This document shows positions 1 through 9,223 of a stretch of 30,964 bases of DNA, piece by piece (within the stretch, counting starts at the first letter, position 1; each line of letters begins with the position of its first letter). This stretch comes from a virus (lineage: Duplodnaviria; Caudoviricetes). Under the pieces are notes generated by a model, which saw only the letters and a list, made by a program, of their open reading frames with translations, made no database searches and was not told the origin of the DNA. Made by a program: the position numbers and the translations under genes. The stretch covers positions 1-30,964 of IMG/VR virus record IMGVR_UViG_3300033067_001643, one strand, 5' to 3'.

Positions 1-561
1 CTCGGCGTGCACTCGGGCGAATACATGACGTCGCCCGTGTTCGACGGGTTCTTCTTCTGGACGGCTGCCGAGATGGCTGGCGCGAGCGTCACGATGACCA
101 CGTTCATCGATGGGTACATCCCGGCGACGCCCACGGGCGGAACGATGGTGGCTCTGGGCGAACCCCTCGAGCCGGACATGGACTATTACTACCGGCTCTA
201 TCTCATCGACATCAACGGCGAGATTCTGCCGTCCGAGGTGAAGAAAGTTCACACGCGCTCCGTGCGTACGCTCTTCAAACGCAACGCCGACGGCTCTCTT
301 GCCGGCGACGCGATCGACGTCACCTCGGGTCCGCTTGCTGGCGGCACGTACGTCCTTCTCCAGCTCACCGGGTACGTCCCTGGTACGAAGGCTTTCATCG
401 GCGGGAAGGAATGTGTTCTCGCCGACCAGGGTGGAGGCGTCATCCAGATCACCACTCCGGGCATGACTAATCCGCAATTCATCGGTCGTTTCCTCGACAT
501 CGTTCTCGTTCACCCCAACGGGCTCCGCGACATCGCCGTCCGGGCTTGGAAGTACACGTAA
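1..561 (+). CDS. Virion-associated protein with FN3-like and IPT/TIG Ig-like domains (5'-truncated)
   Basis: Frame is open from base 1. LEPDMDYYYRLY is FN3-like; SGPLAGGTYV...IGGKEC...IQITTP...DIVLVHPNG fits IPT. The stop TAA overlaps the next ATG. Confidence 0.6.
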   Translation, partial: LGVHSGEYMTSPVFDGFFFWTAAEMAGASVTMTTFIDGYIPATPTGGTMVALGEPLEPDMDYYYRLYLIDINGEILPSEVKKVHTRSVRTLFKRNADGSLAGDAIDVTSGPLAGGTYVLLQLTGYVPGTKAFIGGKECVLADQGGGVIQITTPGMTNPQFIGRFLDIVLVHPNGLRDIAVRAWKYT

Positions 562-1004
562 TGGCTGGCATCAAGCTGCGCGTTTCGGCCTCTGGCTTCA
601 AAGAGGGATCCGACGACTTCCAGGAGCGGGCTGCCCGCTTCGAGGAGGTCGCGTCGCGTGAGCTGCATGCTTTTTCCCTCGAGACGATCGCGGAGCTAAA
701 GCGCGCGGTCTGGGCGAACGACTACAACCTGCCGGCGAAACGGCGGGACAACGGCAAGCCCCCGCTCATCGACAGCGGCAAGTACATCGACAGCTACCAG
801 GCTGAGACGAATGGCCTGGAGACGAACATCGGCCCGACGGGTATGAATGACAACATGTCGAACGAGGAGCTGGCAGAGGTCCTCGAATTCGGCAACGCGT
901 CCGTTCCTGCACGTCCTCACCTCCGTCCGCTCGGTCGCTGGATCGAGCTCAAGCTCCCGACGCTCGGGGAAAGGATCGTAAATGGGCTATCTGGGCGTCG
1001 CTGA
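561..1004 (+). CDS. Neck/tail-completion protein (HK97 gp10/virion morphogenesis-like)
   Basis: ATG at 561 (TAATG coupling); motifs PLIDSG and LEFG...VPARPHLRP; lies upstream of the sheath. Confidence 0.7.
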   Translation: MAGIKLRVSASGFKEGSDDFQERAARFEEVASRELHAFSLETIAELKRAVWANDYNLPAKRRDNGKPPLIDSGKYIDSYQAETNGLETNIGPTGMNDNMSNEELAEVLEFGNASVPARPHLRPLGRWIELKLPTLGERIVNGLSGRR

Positions 1005-1722
1005 AGCGGTAATCGCGAGGCTGCAAGGGAAGCCAAAGACGTTCGTTCCCGAACTTCCCAAGCTGCCCGAGCACATCGTGACCGGATCGGCCGAGCTGGA
1101 TACCCAGTTCCGGCCGAACGCGCATGTGGACATCGCTGGCGTGGAGGTTCCGATCTACTTCATCGACCCATCGGGTCGGGAGCTGAAGAGCCTCTTCCCC
1201 TCGTTCACGTGCAACGTAATTAGCTTCAAACCGCGTTTCACCGAGTTCGTCTTCGACTCGAAGGCGTACAAGGGCGACTACGCGCGCGAATACATCCCTC
1301 ACACCCAGGTCGATGTTGAGGACGTGGATGAGGAGGGCAACCCGGAGACGCGCAAAGGTCCGATCATGCTGAAACAGCGGGCTGTCATGCACCCGTATGA
1401 CGTCATGTTCGAGATTAGAGCGCTTTGCGACGACGACACCCTCTCGGCCTTCATGGTCGAGCACGTCTACGCGAACGTCTTCGAGCCTCGTGACTTCATC
1501 CGCGTGCCACTTCGGGACGGAACGTACCGGTCGTGGGACGTGATTTTTCAGAACTACTCGGATTTGGACTCCCGCCAGGCTGTACGTGCGGGCGTGCCAG
1601 GGATCGAGCGGCAATACACGAAGGTCTTCACGTATCTCGTCGAGGGCTACCTCGATAACACGGAACGTGCCGAGCTTGTGAATGCCGTCCGGTCGCGTAG
1701 ACTCAACCTGTCCCTGGGCTAA
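982..1722 (+). CDS. Putative tail terminator/cap protein
   Basis: AAGGA SD upstream; immediately precedes the sheath; PYDVMFEI and C-terminal TYLVEGYLD resemble tail terminators. Partly a positional call. Confidence 0.55.
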   Translation: MGYLGVAEAVIARLQGKPKTFVPELPKLPEHIVTGSAELDTQFRPNAHVDIAGVEVPIYFIDPSGRELKSLFPSFTCNVISFKPRFTEFVFDSKAYKGDYAREYIPHTQVDVEDVDEEGNPETRKGPIMLKQRAVMHPYDVMFEIRALCDDDTLSAFMVEHVYANVFEPRDFIRVPLRDGTYRSWDVIFQNYSDLDSRQAVRAGVPGIERQYTKVFTYLVEGYLDNTERAELVNAVRSRRLNLSLG

Positions 1723-1773
1723 CAGAACTCCCGGAACCCCGCCCAGTAACCAACCAAGAACAAGGAGGATAAG

Positions 1774-3543
1774 ATGGCTGAATTTTCGTCGCCGGGAGTC
1801 CGCATCCGTGAGCTGCGGGCAGGCGTTCCGCAGATTCGCGGTGTGCCCACGAGCGTTGGTGCCTTCCTGGGCAAGACGCTCCGCGGACCCGCCAACAAGG
1901 CAATTCGCATTACGAGCTTTCCCCAGTACCAGCGCATCTTCGGCTCGTACGACCAGAACAGCTACATGGCGGAGAACGTCAAGGCGTTCTTCGACAACGG
2001 CGGCAGCGAGTGTTGGATCACTCGTGTCCTCGGCTCGTCGGGCGGAGGTGCGGCCAACACCAAGGCATCCAAGACGCTCACCATCACGGGCGGCGCCGAC
2101 GACGTCATGGTCGTCACGGCCAAGGGCGAAGGCTTCGACTCGAACAACTTCAACGTCCTGGTGACGAAGGAAGACAACAAGATCAGCTCGACGATCCCGA
2201 CGCTCATCGCGGCCGGCGCAACGACCCAGTTCGCGCTCGGAACGAGCATCTGCTCGAAGCTGACCGTTGGCGACACCGTCCTGCTCTACGATTCGGTTGG
2301 TCCTGACACCGTCCGCATCGTCGTGGCGGGCATCGCAAACGGCGTCGTGAACGCGCAAACGTCCGTGACCGTCCCGGTCGGCGGGCTCGCGGCTGCTACC
2401 ACCTCCGTCACCGTCGAGACGTTCTCGTTCACGGTTCTCTACGCGGGCGGCACCGTCTTCGGACCGCAGAAGGGCCTTCGGGTCTCTCCGCTCTCGAAGA
2501 AGAACTACTTCGTCACCCGCATCAATGTGGATGACGACGAGATTCCGGTCACCGTCACCGACTCGGCCGTCACGTTCAACGGTACGATCGATACGCGGCC
2601 CATCAATACGGATACGTCCCTCGGCGACGCGCTCGCGGGCGGCGACGAGTTCTCTACGTTCGCGGACAACGACTACATCGGCTCGCAGGGCTCGGCGACG
2701 GGTCTCTACGCGTACGACAAGAACAAGCGCATCCGCATGCTCGCTTGTCCGGGTGTCACTGGCACCACGGCCGGCGCTGTCTCGAAGGCTCTCGTGCAGT
2801 ACTGCGAGAACCGAAAGGATTGCATCGCCATCATCGCTCCTCCGCTCAACACCGCTGTTTCCGCTGCCGTCACGTACAAGGCGGACAACATCGGGTCCTC
2901 GAGCTACGGCGTGATGTACTACCCGTGGGTCAAGACCCTGAGCCCCGTCACCAACCAGCTCGCTGTCACGGCGCCGGAAGGCTTCGCGATGGGGCGCATG
3001 GCGGCGACGGATCGGGAGCTCGGTGTCGCGAACGCTCCGGCGGGCGAGACGCAGGGCAAGCTCGTGGGAACGTACGGTGTCGAGCGCGTCCTGTCCGATG
3101 CGGACAAGGATCTTCTCTACCCGGCGAACATCAACCCCATCGAGGACATCGAGGACGTGGGCCAGTGCATCATGGGCTCGCGTACCCTCGAGACGGGCGA
3201 ATTCAACCAAATCCACATTCGCCGCACGTTCATCTACCTCGAGCAGTCGCTCCTGATCGGAACGCGCTTCGTCATCTTCAAGCCAAACACGCCGGAGACG
3301 CGTGCGGAGGTGAAGCGGGCGATCGACCAATTCCTCGAGAACGAGTGGAACAAGAAGACGCTCACGGGCGACACCGTGGACGAGGCTTTCACGGTCGTTT
3401 GCAACGAGAGCAACAACCCCGACATCATCGTCAAGAACCAGCAGATGTTCTGCGATGTGGCGGTCAACGTCCCGCAGACCACCGAGAACCTCGTCATCAA
3501 CATCCAACAGGACCAGCGCGGCACCGCGCAGGTTGCAGCCTAA
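1774..3543 (+). CDS. Contractile tail sheath protein
   Basis: SPGVRIRE, VGAFLG...RGP, FFDNGG, YYPW, APAG, INPI, IHIRR, FKPN motifs; AAGGAGG SD. Confidence 0.97.
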   Translation: MAEFSSPGVRIRELRAGVPQIRGVPTSVGAFLGKTLRGPANKAIRITSFPQYQRIFGSYDQNSYMAENVKAFFDNGGSECWITRVLGSSGGGAANTKASKTLTITGGADDVMVVTAKGEGFDSNNFNVLVTKEDNKISSTIPTLIAAGATTQFALGTSICSKLTVGDTVLLYDSVGPDTVRIVVAGIANGVVNAQTSVTVPVGGLAAATTSVTVETFSFTVLYAGGTVFGPQKGLRVSPLSKKNYFVTRINVDDDEIPVTVTDSAVTFNGTIDTRPINTDTSLGDALAGGDEFSTFADNDYIGSQGSATGLYAYDKNKRIRMLACPGVTGTTAGAVSKALVQYCENRKDCIAIIAPPLNTAVSAAVTYKADNIGSSSYGVMYYPWVKTLSPVTNQLAVTAPEGFAMGRMAATDRELGVANAPAGETQGKLVGTYGVERVLSDADKDLLYPANINPIEDIEDVGQCIMGSRTLETGEFNQIHIRRTFIYLEQSLLIGTRFVIFKPNTPETRAEVKRAIDQFLENEWNKKTLTGDTVDEAFTVVCNESNNPDIIVKNQQMFCDVAVNVPQTTENLVINIQQDQRGTAQVAA

Positions 3544-3561
3544 GGAAAGGAGGATCGTCTA

Positions 3562-4086
3562 ATGCGTTCTATTGTCAATTTCCCCAAGTTCCTCCAGACC
3601 TTCAACCGGACGGATGCGGAAGACCCCATGAAGGTCTTTCGTTACCACGTCGAGATCGCTCAATTCGCGCGCTTCGGCTTCTCGAAGGTCGCGGGCCTCG
3701 CTGCCCAGACCGACATCGTCGAATACCGCGAGGGCGGCCAGAACAGCACCGTCCAGAAGAGCCCCGGTATCACGAAGTTCCCGAACGTCACTCTCGAACG
3801 AGGCCAGATCTTTGCTGCTGGCTTCGGCGACCGGGACGTCCTGAACTGGTACCTCCAGGTCTTCAACGTTTCGACGAAGAAGGCCCAGAGCCCGCGTGCG
3901 TTCCGGCGCAACGTGGATGTCGTGCAGTTCGACAAGGAGGCCGTCGAGCGATACCGCTGGCGCCTCGTGCAATGCTGGCCCTCCGAGGTGAAGCCCCTGG
4001 CCGACCTCGACGCCATGCAGAGCAACAACAGCATCGAATCCTGCACTCTGGCGCACGAGGGCTTCCGCCTGGTCACCAGCGCCTGA
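3562..4086 (+). CDS. Tail tube protein (T4 gp19-like)
   Basis: DP..FRY, GFSKVAGL, EYREGG, PG..KFPNVTLERG, CWP, DLDA, IES.TLAHEG; AGGAGG SD. Confidence 0.96.
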   Translation: MRSIVNFPKFLQTFNRTDAEDPMKVFRYHVEIAQFARFGFSKVAGLAAQTDIVEYREGGQNSTVQKSPGITKFPNVTLERGQIFAAGFGDRDVLNWYLQVFNVSTKKAQSPRAFRRNVDVVQFDKEAVERYRWRLVQCWPSEVKPLADLDAMQSNNSIESCTLAHEGFRLVTSA

Positions 4087-4137
4087 GCGTGATACGGTAT
4101 ACTGACACCTCGGACGGCTCCCCTTGAGGGAGCTACA

Positions 4138-4179
4138 GAAATGGGCCTCTTCCCTGCCGGGTTGAGGCCCTTTTCGTTT
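4138..4179 (+). terminator. Rho-independent terminator after sheath/tube
   Basis: GGGCCTC (4143-4149) pairs with GAGGCCC (4164-4170), with inner CCC/GGG, followed by TTTTCGTTT. A second hairpin GCTCCC/GGGAGC (4117-4133) lies upstream. Confidence 0.75.
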
Positions 4180-4199
4180 GGAACCAAAAGGAACACATC

Positions 4200-5126
4200 A
4201 TGCGGATCAAGCAGATCACCCTCCCCAACGGATTCACGAACAACGGCGAGTTCATTCGCCGAATGGAGATTAGGAAGCTCGGAGGACAGGAAGAGGACCT
4301 TCTCGTCGACAAGGAGGAGTTGAAGAAGGGGACCGTCCTCTTCCAGATCCTCAAGAACTGCACGGTGTCGCTCGGCGGCGTTGATGACCCTAAGCTCATT
4401 AGCGCGATTTACGACGGTCCGTTTCTCGCGGCCGACCTTTCGTATGTGCTCGTCGAGCTGCGCGCGTGGGGTCTCTCACCGGAATACGTCTACGAACACC
4501 AGTGCCCGGCGTGCGAGACGATCGGAAAGCATGCCATCAATCTGCACACCCTCCGCGTCGATGCGCAGCCGGAGGAGCACCGCGGCAAGAACAGGTTCAT
4601 CGCGACCCTGGAAAACGCCCCCAAGCCTTTCGGAGCGAACGGCGATGTTCTGCCCGAGCGCGAGTGGAGCTACGGAGACGTCACGTTCTCCTTCCGGCCG
4701 CTCTACATGAAGGACCAGAAGATGCTCGAGGCCATCCGGTCCGACTATCCGAAGCAGCGGGCGACGCGTGAGCTGGGCCTCTACCTGCTCGAGTACGACG
4801 GCGTGGACGCGCAGAATCTGGACCCGAAGACGCTCCAGAAGTTCGACGGCGGTACGCGCTCTGCCATGCGCGAGCTGATCGACGCCACCAGCGGCGGCAT
4901 CGACACCGAGGTCATGATGACCTGCCGCAAATGCACGAAGGCGTACAAGGACAACATCCCGGTGGACGCCAAACATTTTTTCTTCCGCAAGGGGGCTACG
5001 TCCGAGACGAGGACGGCGACCCCATACCGCGAAGGTGGGCCGACACTCATTTCTTGGCAGCAAGGCTCGGATGGCAGCCAAGCGAAGTCGAGCGACTCAG
5101 CATCGAAGAGCGACTCTTCTACGTAG
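4200..5126 (+). CDS. Tail/baseplate-hub assembly chaperone (T4 gp26-like, two CxxC), zero-frame product
   Basis: EEDLL, DLSYVLVELRA, CPAC, CRKC...FFF; lies between tube and tape measure. Confidence 0.75.
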   Translation: MRIKQITLPNGFTNNGEFIRRMEIRKLGGQEEDLLVDKEELKKGTVLFQILKNCTVSLGGVDDPKLISAIYDGPFLAADLSYVLVELRAWGLSPEYVYEHQCPACETIGKHAINLHTLRVDAQPEEHRGKNRFIATLENAPKPFGANGDVLPEREWSYGDVTFSFRPLYMKDQKMLEAIRSDYPKQRATRELGLYLLEYDGVDAQNLDPKTLQKFDGGTRSAMRELIDATSGGIDTEVMMTCRKCTKAYKDNIPVDAKHFFFRKGATSETRTATPYREGGPTLISWQQGSDGSQAKSSDSASKSDSST

Positions 5127-5173
5127 CCCGTGAAGAAAAGCGACTAGACGCAGAAAAGCAAGCTCAGAGGTAA
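4976..5173 (+). CDS. -1 frameshift extension of the tail chaperone (GpE'/DUF6760-like)
   Basis: Slippery T TTT TTC at 4976-4982; the -1 frame encodes FLAARLGWQPSEVERLSIEERLFY; it stops 2 nt before the tape measure ATG. Confidence 0.75.
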   Translation, partial: FFLPQGGYVRDEDGDPIPRRWADTHFLAARLGWQPSEVERLSIEERLFYVAREEKRLDAEKQAQR

Positions 5174-5175
5174 AC

Positions 5176-7548
5176 ATGTCCCGCTACCTGCTCACCATCG
5201 AAGTTGTAGGAAACGCTCCCGCCCAGCTCGACAAGATCGCGCAGGGCATCAGCAAGGTTGCGCAGGAAGCCGGCGCCATGGCGAGCGGCCTCGAGAAGGC
5301 CAACGGTGGAATCGAGGACGTGGATAAGAAGCTAGGAGCGGGCCTCTTCTCCACGTTCTCGGACAAGATCAGCCAAGTGAACGCGAAGTTCTCGGCGATG
5401 GTCTCCAACATGAAGGCCGAGGCACATGATTTCATCAAGGGTATCGTCGACGATGCGGCGCTCTTCGAGGACTCGCAGGCTGAGATGCGTTTCGCCTTTG
5501 GCGCTGACTGGGAAAGCGTTTACTCGCAGGTGAAGAAGGACGCAGCCGACCTGACGTTCACCTTCGATCAGGTGTCCAAGCTGGCATCATCGATGGGCCG
5601 CATGCACATCAATCCGTTCGGCGGAGCGTCGGAGGAGGCTCAGAAATTCGAGTCACGAACGGGCGGCACCGTGCGTGCTCTTGCCATTCTCCAGGACACG
5701 GCCGACTCCGTCGGAAAGAGCGCCGACGACGTCATCGTGTCCGTACGTAATGCGCTTTCCGGGTCGTGGAAGAGCCTCCAAGACCGCTTCGACATCCCGA
5801 AGGACAAGATCACCGAGTGGAAGAAGAAGATCGAGGGCCTGAAGGAGCCGCAGGAGAAGTACAACGCCCTCGTCGCCGAGCTGGGAAAGATGTACGGCGG
5901 CGCCGGTCAGGAAAAAGCGGCTAACTGGAATAAGAACATCGCGCAGATCCCCGACCTGCTTCAGCAGATTCGGGCTGAAGCGGGCATGCCGGGTCTGAAG
6001 ATCATGACCAAGGCCGTGCAGGAGTTCGTCTCGGCACTGACTGGCCTCGTCCAGAACAAGGCTGCGATGAAGGCTCTCACGGACGGCTTCACCACACTTG
6101 CGACGGTCATCGCCTGGGGCATCCAGCAGGGGGCTAAGTTCGTGACCTGGATCACGAAGATCCTCGAATTCGCTCCGTACCTGCCAAAGGTGGCGGCCGG
6201 CGTTGGCCTCGTCACGCTCGCCTTCGTGACGCTCGCCTCCGTGCTCACGGGCATCATGGTGACCATTGTGGCCATCGTGTCGGCCATCCTTGCCGTTGGC
6301 TGGGAGGTCATTCTCGGCGTTGCTGCCGGTCTTGTTGCAATGGCACCCCTCCTAGCCGCCCTGGCAGTTGTGGCCGTTGGCATCGGCGTCGCACTCAAAG
6401 CGTCCGGCGACATGATCAGCGAGGGCTGGGGTGGTGCTGACGGACCGATCAGCCTCTTCGAGAAGGCCAAGATCCTTTTCGAGGCCGTGAGCGAAGCCAT
6501 CTCGACTTTCAACGGTGAGACGTCCGAGATCAGCCTCGGGACTGCGGAGAAACTCAAGAAGGCTGGTCTCTGGGACACGTTCGTGAAGATCGAGAAGGTT
6601 ATCTACAACGTCAACCAGGCTTGGGACGCGTTCAACGTCGAGATGGACAGGGCGGCCGAGGTCATCGGACCCGTCATTATTCCGCTTTTCTACGAGGTGA
6701 AAGACCTCATGTACGAGCTTGGCGACGCGCTCGGCATTACGACGACGGCGCAAAACGCGAGCGAGGCATCGACGGATTCGTGGGTCGCGGCCGGCGAGGG
6801 AATGGCCGACATTCTCATCGACCTCGGCAAGTTTACCGTGCAGCTCATTCGAGCGTTCGTACTGTTCTCCCGCGTCGCGATCGTCGTCGGTGGGGTCATC
6901 TGGAGCGTCGTGAAGGTGTATCTCACCCCGTTCTACCTGATGTTCAAAGCCATCGAGCTCGTCGTCAAATCCGTCGCTGAGCAGCTCTCGAAGTACGGAT
7001 CGCTGGCAAAGGCCCTGCACCTCGACAAGCTGCTTGGCTCTGACGACGAAAAGAAGAAAACCGGACCGCTCTGGCGTTCTGAGGTGGCCGTCACCCGTCC
7101 GAAGTTCGCTGCTCTTGGCGGCAAGGGCCAGGGCTTCGGCGGCTTCGGCTCTAATTACAAGGACCTTGGTGGCGAAGAAAAGGATTCGTTCATTCAACGA
7201 CTCATGCTGGATGGTTCGCTCAGTCAGAAGAACGCCGAACGGCTTGGGAAGGGTCTCGCTCCTATCGAGGAGGCACCCCGCGGCGTCGACCTCGACCAGT
7301 ACATCGCTGCTCCGCGCACGCTCACTCCGACCCGGCCGGGAAGCATTCTCAACACTCAGGGTGGCACGGGCACGTCCTCGGCAGCCGCGGGCGTTTCGCC
7401 CGAGGTTGGCCGGGCCATCGCTCAGGCCATCGCACAAGAGCTGGCCAAGCAACCTCGGCCGCCCATCAACGTCAGCGTGCAGATGGACAAGAAAGAGGTC
7501 GCGAAGGCCGTCTATGACAACCGCACCGGCACCTCGGGAGTACGCTAA
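5176..7548 (+). CDS. Tape measure protein
   Basis: 790 aa, helical and Ala/Gly-rich, with long hydrophobic stretches; C-terminal INVSVQMDKKEVAKAV; canonical position. Confidence 0.92.
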   Translation: MSRYLLTIEVVGNAPAQLDKIAQGISKVAQEAGAMASGLEKANGGIEDVDKKLGAGLFSTFSDKISQVNAKFSAMVSNMKAEAHDFIKGIVDDAALFEDSQAEMRFAFGADWESVYSQVKKDAADLTFTFDQVSKLASSMGRMHINPFGGASEEAQKFESRTGGTVRALAILQDTADSVGKSADDVIVSVRNALSGSWKSLQDRFDIPKDKITEWKKKIEGLKEPQEKYNALVAELGKMYGGAGQEKAANWNKNIAQIPDLLQQIRAEAGMPGLKIMTKAVQEFVSALTGLVQNKAAMKALTDGFTTLATVIAWGIQQGAKFVTWITKILEFAPYLPKVAAGVGLVTLAFVTLASVLTGIMVTIVAIVSAILAVGWEVILGVAAGLVAMAPLLAALAVVAVGIGVALKASGDMISEGWGGADGPISLFEKAKILFEAVSEAISTFNGETSEISLGTAEKLKKAGLWDTFVKIEKVIYNVNQAWDAFNVEMDRAAEVIGPVIIPLFYEVKDLMYELGDALGITTTAQNASEASTDSWVAAGEGMADILIDLGKFTVQLIRAFVLFSRVAIVVGGVIWSVVKVYLTPFYLMFKAIELVVKSVAEQLSKYGSLAKALHLDKLLGSDDEKKKTGPLWRSEVAVTRPKFAALGGKGQGFGGFGSNYKDLGGEEKDSFIQRLMLDGSLSQKNAERLGKGLAPIEEAPRGVDLDQYIAAPRTLTPTRPGSILNTQGGTGTSSAAAGVSPEVGRAIAQAIAQELAKQPRPPINVSVQMDKKEVAKAVYDNRTGTSGVR

Positions 7549-8168
7549 TGGCCGCTAATCTCGATTTCACCGCAGCCAAGGTCAAGCGCGGGAGCCTCGT
7601 CAACTACCGGACGGGCGACACGTTGGAATTCGACCTCAATCCCAGCGACGTCAAGGTGACGCAGAGCGCGAGCATCGCCGAGGACAACATCCCCGGCTTT
7701 GCCGATCCACTGCTTCGTTGGATCAGCGGCAAGGCAAAGAAGGTGAGCTTCTCGCTCCAGAACGACGGCGATATTCGCGTGCGCCGCGGCCGGAAATTCG
7801 CCAACGCCGCAACGATGGTGGAGAGCGCCGCTCCTGCGACCGTTGGCACGGGGAAGAACACCGAGTTCAAGGAAGACCCGGAGGGCTACTCGATCGCTGC
7901 CTACCTCGAGTTCCTCGATCACTTCCTGTACCCCGCTAATCCGACTTTTTCGGAAGGCGGGGATGCTGGCCGGAATCTCGGCGCCGACCTCGTGATCTTC
8001 AACTTCGGGTCGTACTTCCGCGGCGGGCTCTACGTCGTGGAGGACGTGAATCACGATATCATCGAGTTTTCGCCCGAGCTGCTCCCGACCAAGGCAAAGA
8101 GCGACATCGTTCTCAAAGAGTACGTCATCGAAAACACCTGGGCTCACGACATCTTTGAGGCCAAGTAG
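7548..8168 (+). CDS. Tail tube initiator / CIS tube-like baseplate protein
   Basis: FDLNPS, IPG...P, VIFNFG, P.KA..DIVLKEY; directly follows the tape measure. Confidence 0.8.
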   Translation: MAANLDFTAAKVKRGSLVNYRTGDTLEFDLNPSDVKVTQSASIAEDNIPGFADPLLRWISGKAKKVSFSLQNDGDIRVRRGRKFANAATMVESAAPATVGTGKNTEFKEDPEGYSIAAYLEFLDHFLYPANPTFSEGGDAGRNLGADLVIFNFGSYFRGGLYVVEDVNHDIIEFSPELLPTKAKSDIVLKEYVIENTWAHDIFEAK

Positions 8169-8612
8169 ATGAAGCTCTGTAAATGCGGCTCTAGCGGGCC
8201 TTTTCACAAGAGCGGGCGCCACACCGACGGCTTGAGCAGCCTTTGCGGGCGATGCGCCAGCCGATTGCGCTCTGAGTACGTCTCGCAAGAGGCCGTGCTC
8301 TACTACAACGCCCGGCGCCGAGCGAAAGCCAAGGGTCTTCCGTTCGACCTCTCACGAGAAGACATCGAGATCCCTGCGGTGTGCCCATTGCTGGGCATCC
8401 CTCTCGCTTCCAGCGAGGGCGCGCCGGGACCGAATAGTCCTTCGCTCGATCGAAAGATTCCACATCTCGGCTACGTGAAGGGCAACGTCTGGGTCATCTC
8501 GCACCGCGCCAACTCCATGAAGCTCGATGCGACGATCGAAGAAATCGAGTTGCTTGCGACCAACCTGCGACGGGCTCTCCGTCCGCGTATCGTTCTGAAG
8601 AGGGCCAAATGA
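8169..8612 (+). CDS. Free-standing HNH-type (homing) endonuclease
   Basis: CPLLGIPL...SPSLDRKIPHLGYVKGNVWVISHRANSMK plus an N-terminal Cys cluster. Confidence 0.8.
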   Translation: MKLCKCGSSGPFHKSGRHTDGLSSLCGRCASRLRSEYVSQEAVLYYNARRRAKAKGLPFDLSREDIEIPAVCPLLGIPLASSEGAPGPNSPSLDRKIPHLGYVKGNVWVISHRANSMKLDATIEEIELLATNLRRALRPRIVLKRAK

Positions 8613-9223
8613 CCATCGGACGCGAAAGCCGCTACAACTACTCCGCGATCATGCGGGTGACCGACGCTGCGGGCTTCCTCGTGGAGCGCGAGCACCTGGA
8701 CATCCGCCAAACGCTCGTCAACATCATCCACGCCGACAACCAGGAGTACACGCCATCCGACAAGGATACGTGGAGCCGGATCGCTTGGCGAAAGCTCGGC
8801 GACGGACGCCGGTGGTGGATTATCGCGGATTACTCGCAGATTCTCGACCCGTTCACGGAGCTACGCTCGCCCGTCAAATACAAGTACGTGACGCAGCTCA
8901 CGGCGAACATCGCGGGCTCGACGAGCATTTCACAATTCACCGTGGCTCATCCGAAGAAGGTGCGCCGCGGAGACGTGCTCAAGCTCGAGGACCTCAACGT
9001 CACGAATCTCGTCAGCATGGAGGTGCCCGTCCTCTCCGTGAACGAGACCACCGGCGTCGTGCAGTGCTCGCCCGTGCAATCGCCGGCTACCGGCATCCCT
9101 TTCACGCTCTCCCGCGTCTCCCGCGTCTACCGCGATCAGGTCCGGCTCATCGTGCCTAGCCCGAATCGCGCGCTCTTTGACGCTCTCAATTTCGGCAACC
9201 CCATCAACACCCTGGTCGAATAA
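8609..9223 (+). CDS. LysM/gp53/tail-X-like baseplate wedge protein with an inserted domain
   Basis: SRY at the N-terminus; DTWSRIAWRKLGDGRRWWIIADY..ILDPF, then an insert of about 92 aa, then LIVPS. Confidence 0.8.
   Translation: MTIGRESRYNYSAIMRVTDAAGFLVEREHLDIRQTLVNIIHADNQEYTPSDKDTWSRIAWRKLGDGRRWWIIADYSQILDPFTELRSPVKYKYVTQLTANIAGSTSISQFTVAHPKKVRRGDVLKLEDLNVTNLVSMEVPVLSVNETTGVVQCSPVQSPATGIPFTLSRVSRVYRDQVRLIVPSPNRALFDALNFGNPINTLVE

Noticed and set aside
949-3507. 852-aa minus-strand ORF and other long antisense ORFs (e.g. 13038-14537, 19721-21139, 23035-24555)
   Set aside because: Shadow frames of high-GC3 plus-strand genes; no motifs, and each lies fully opposite well-supported genes.
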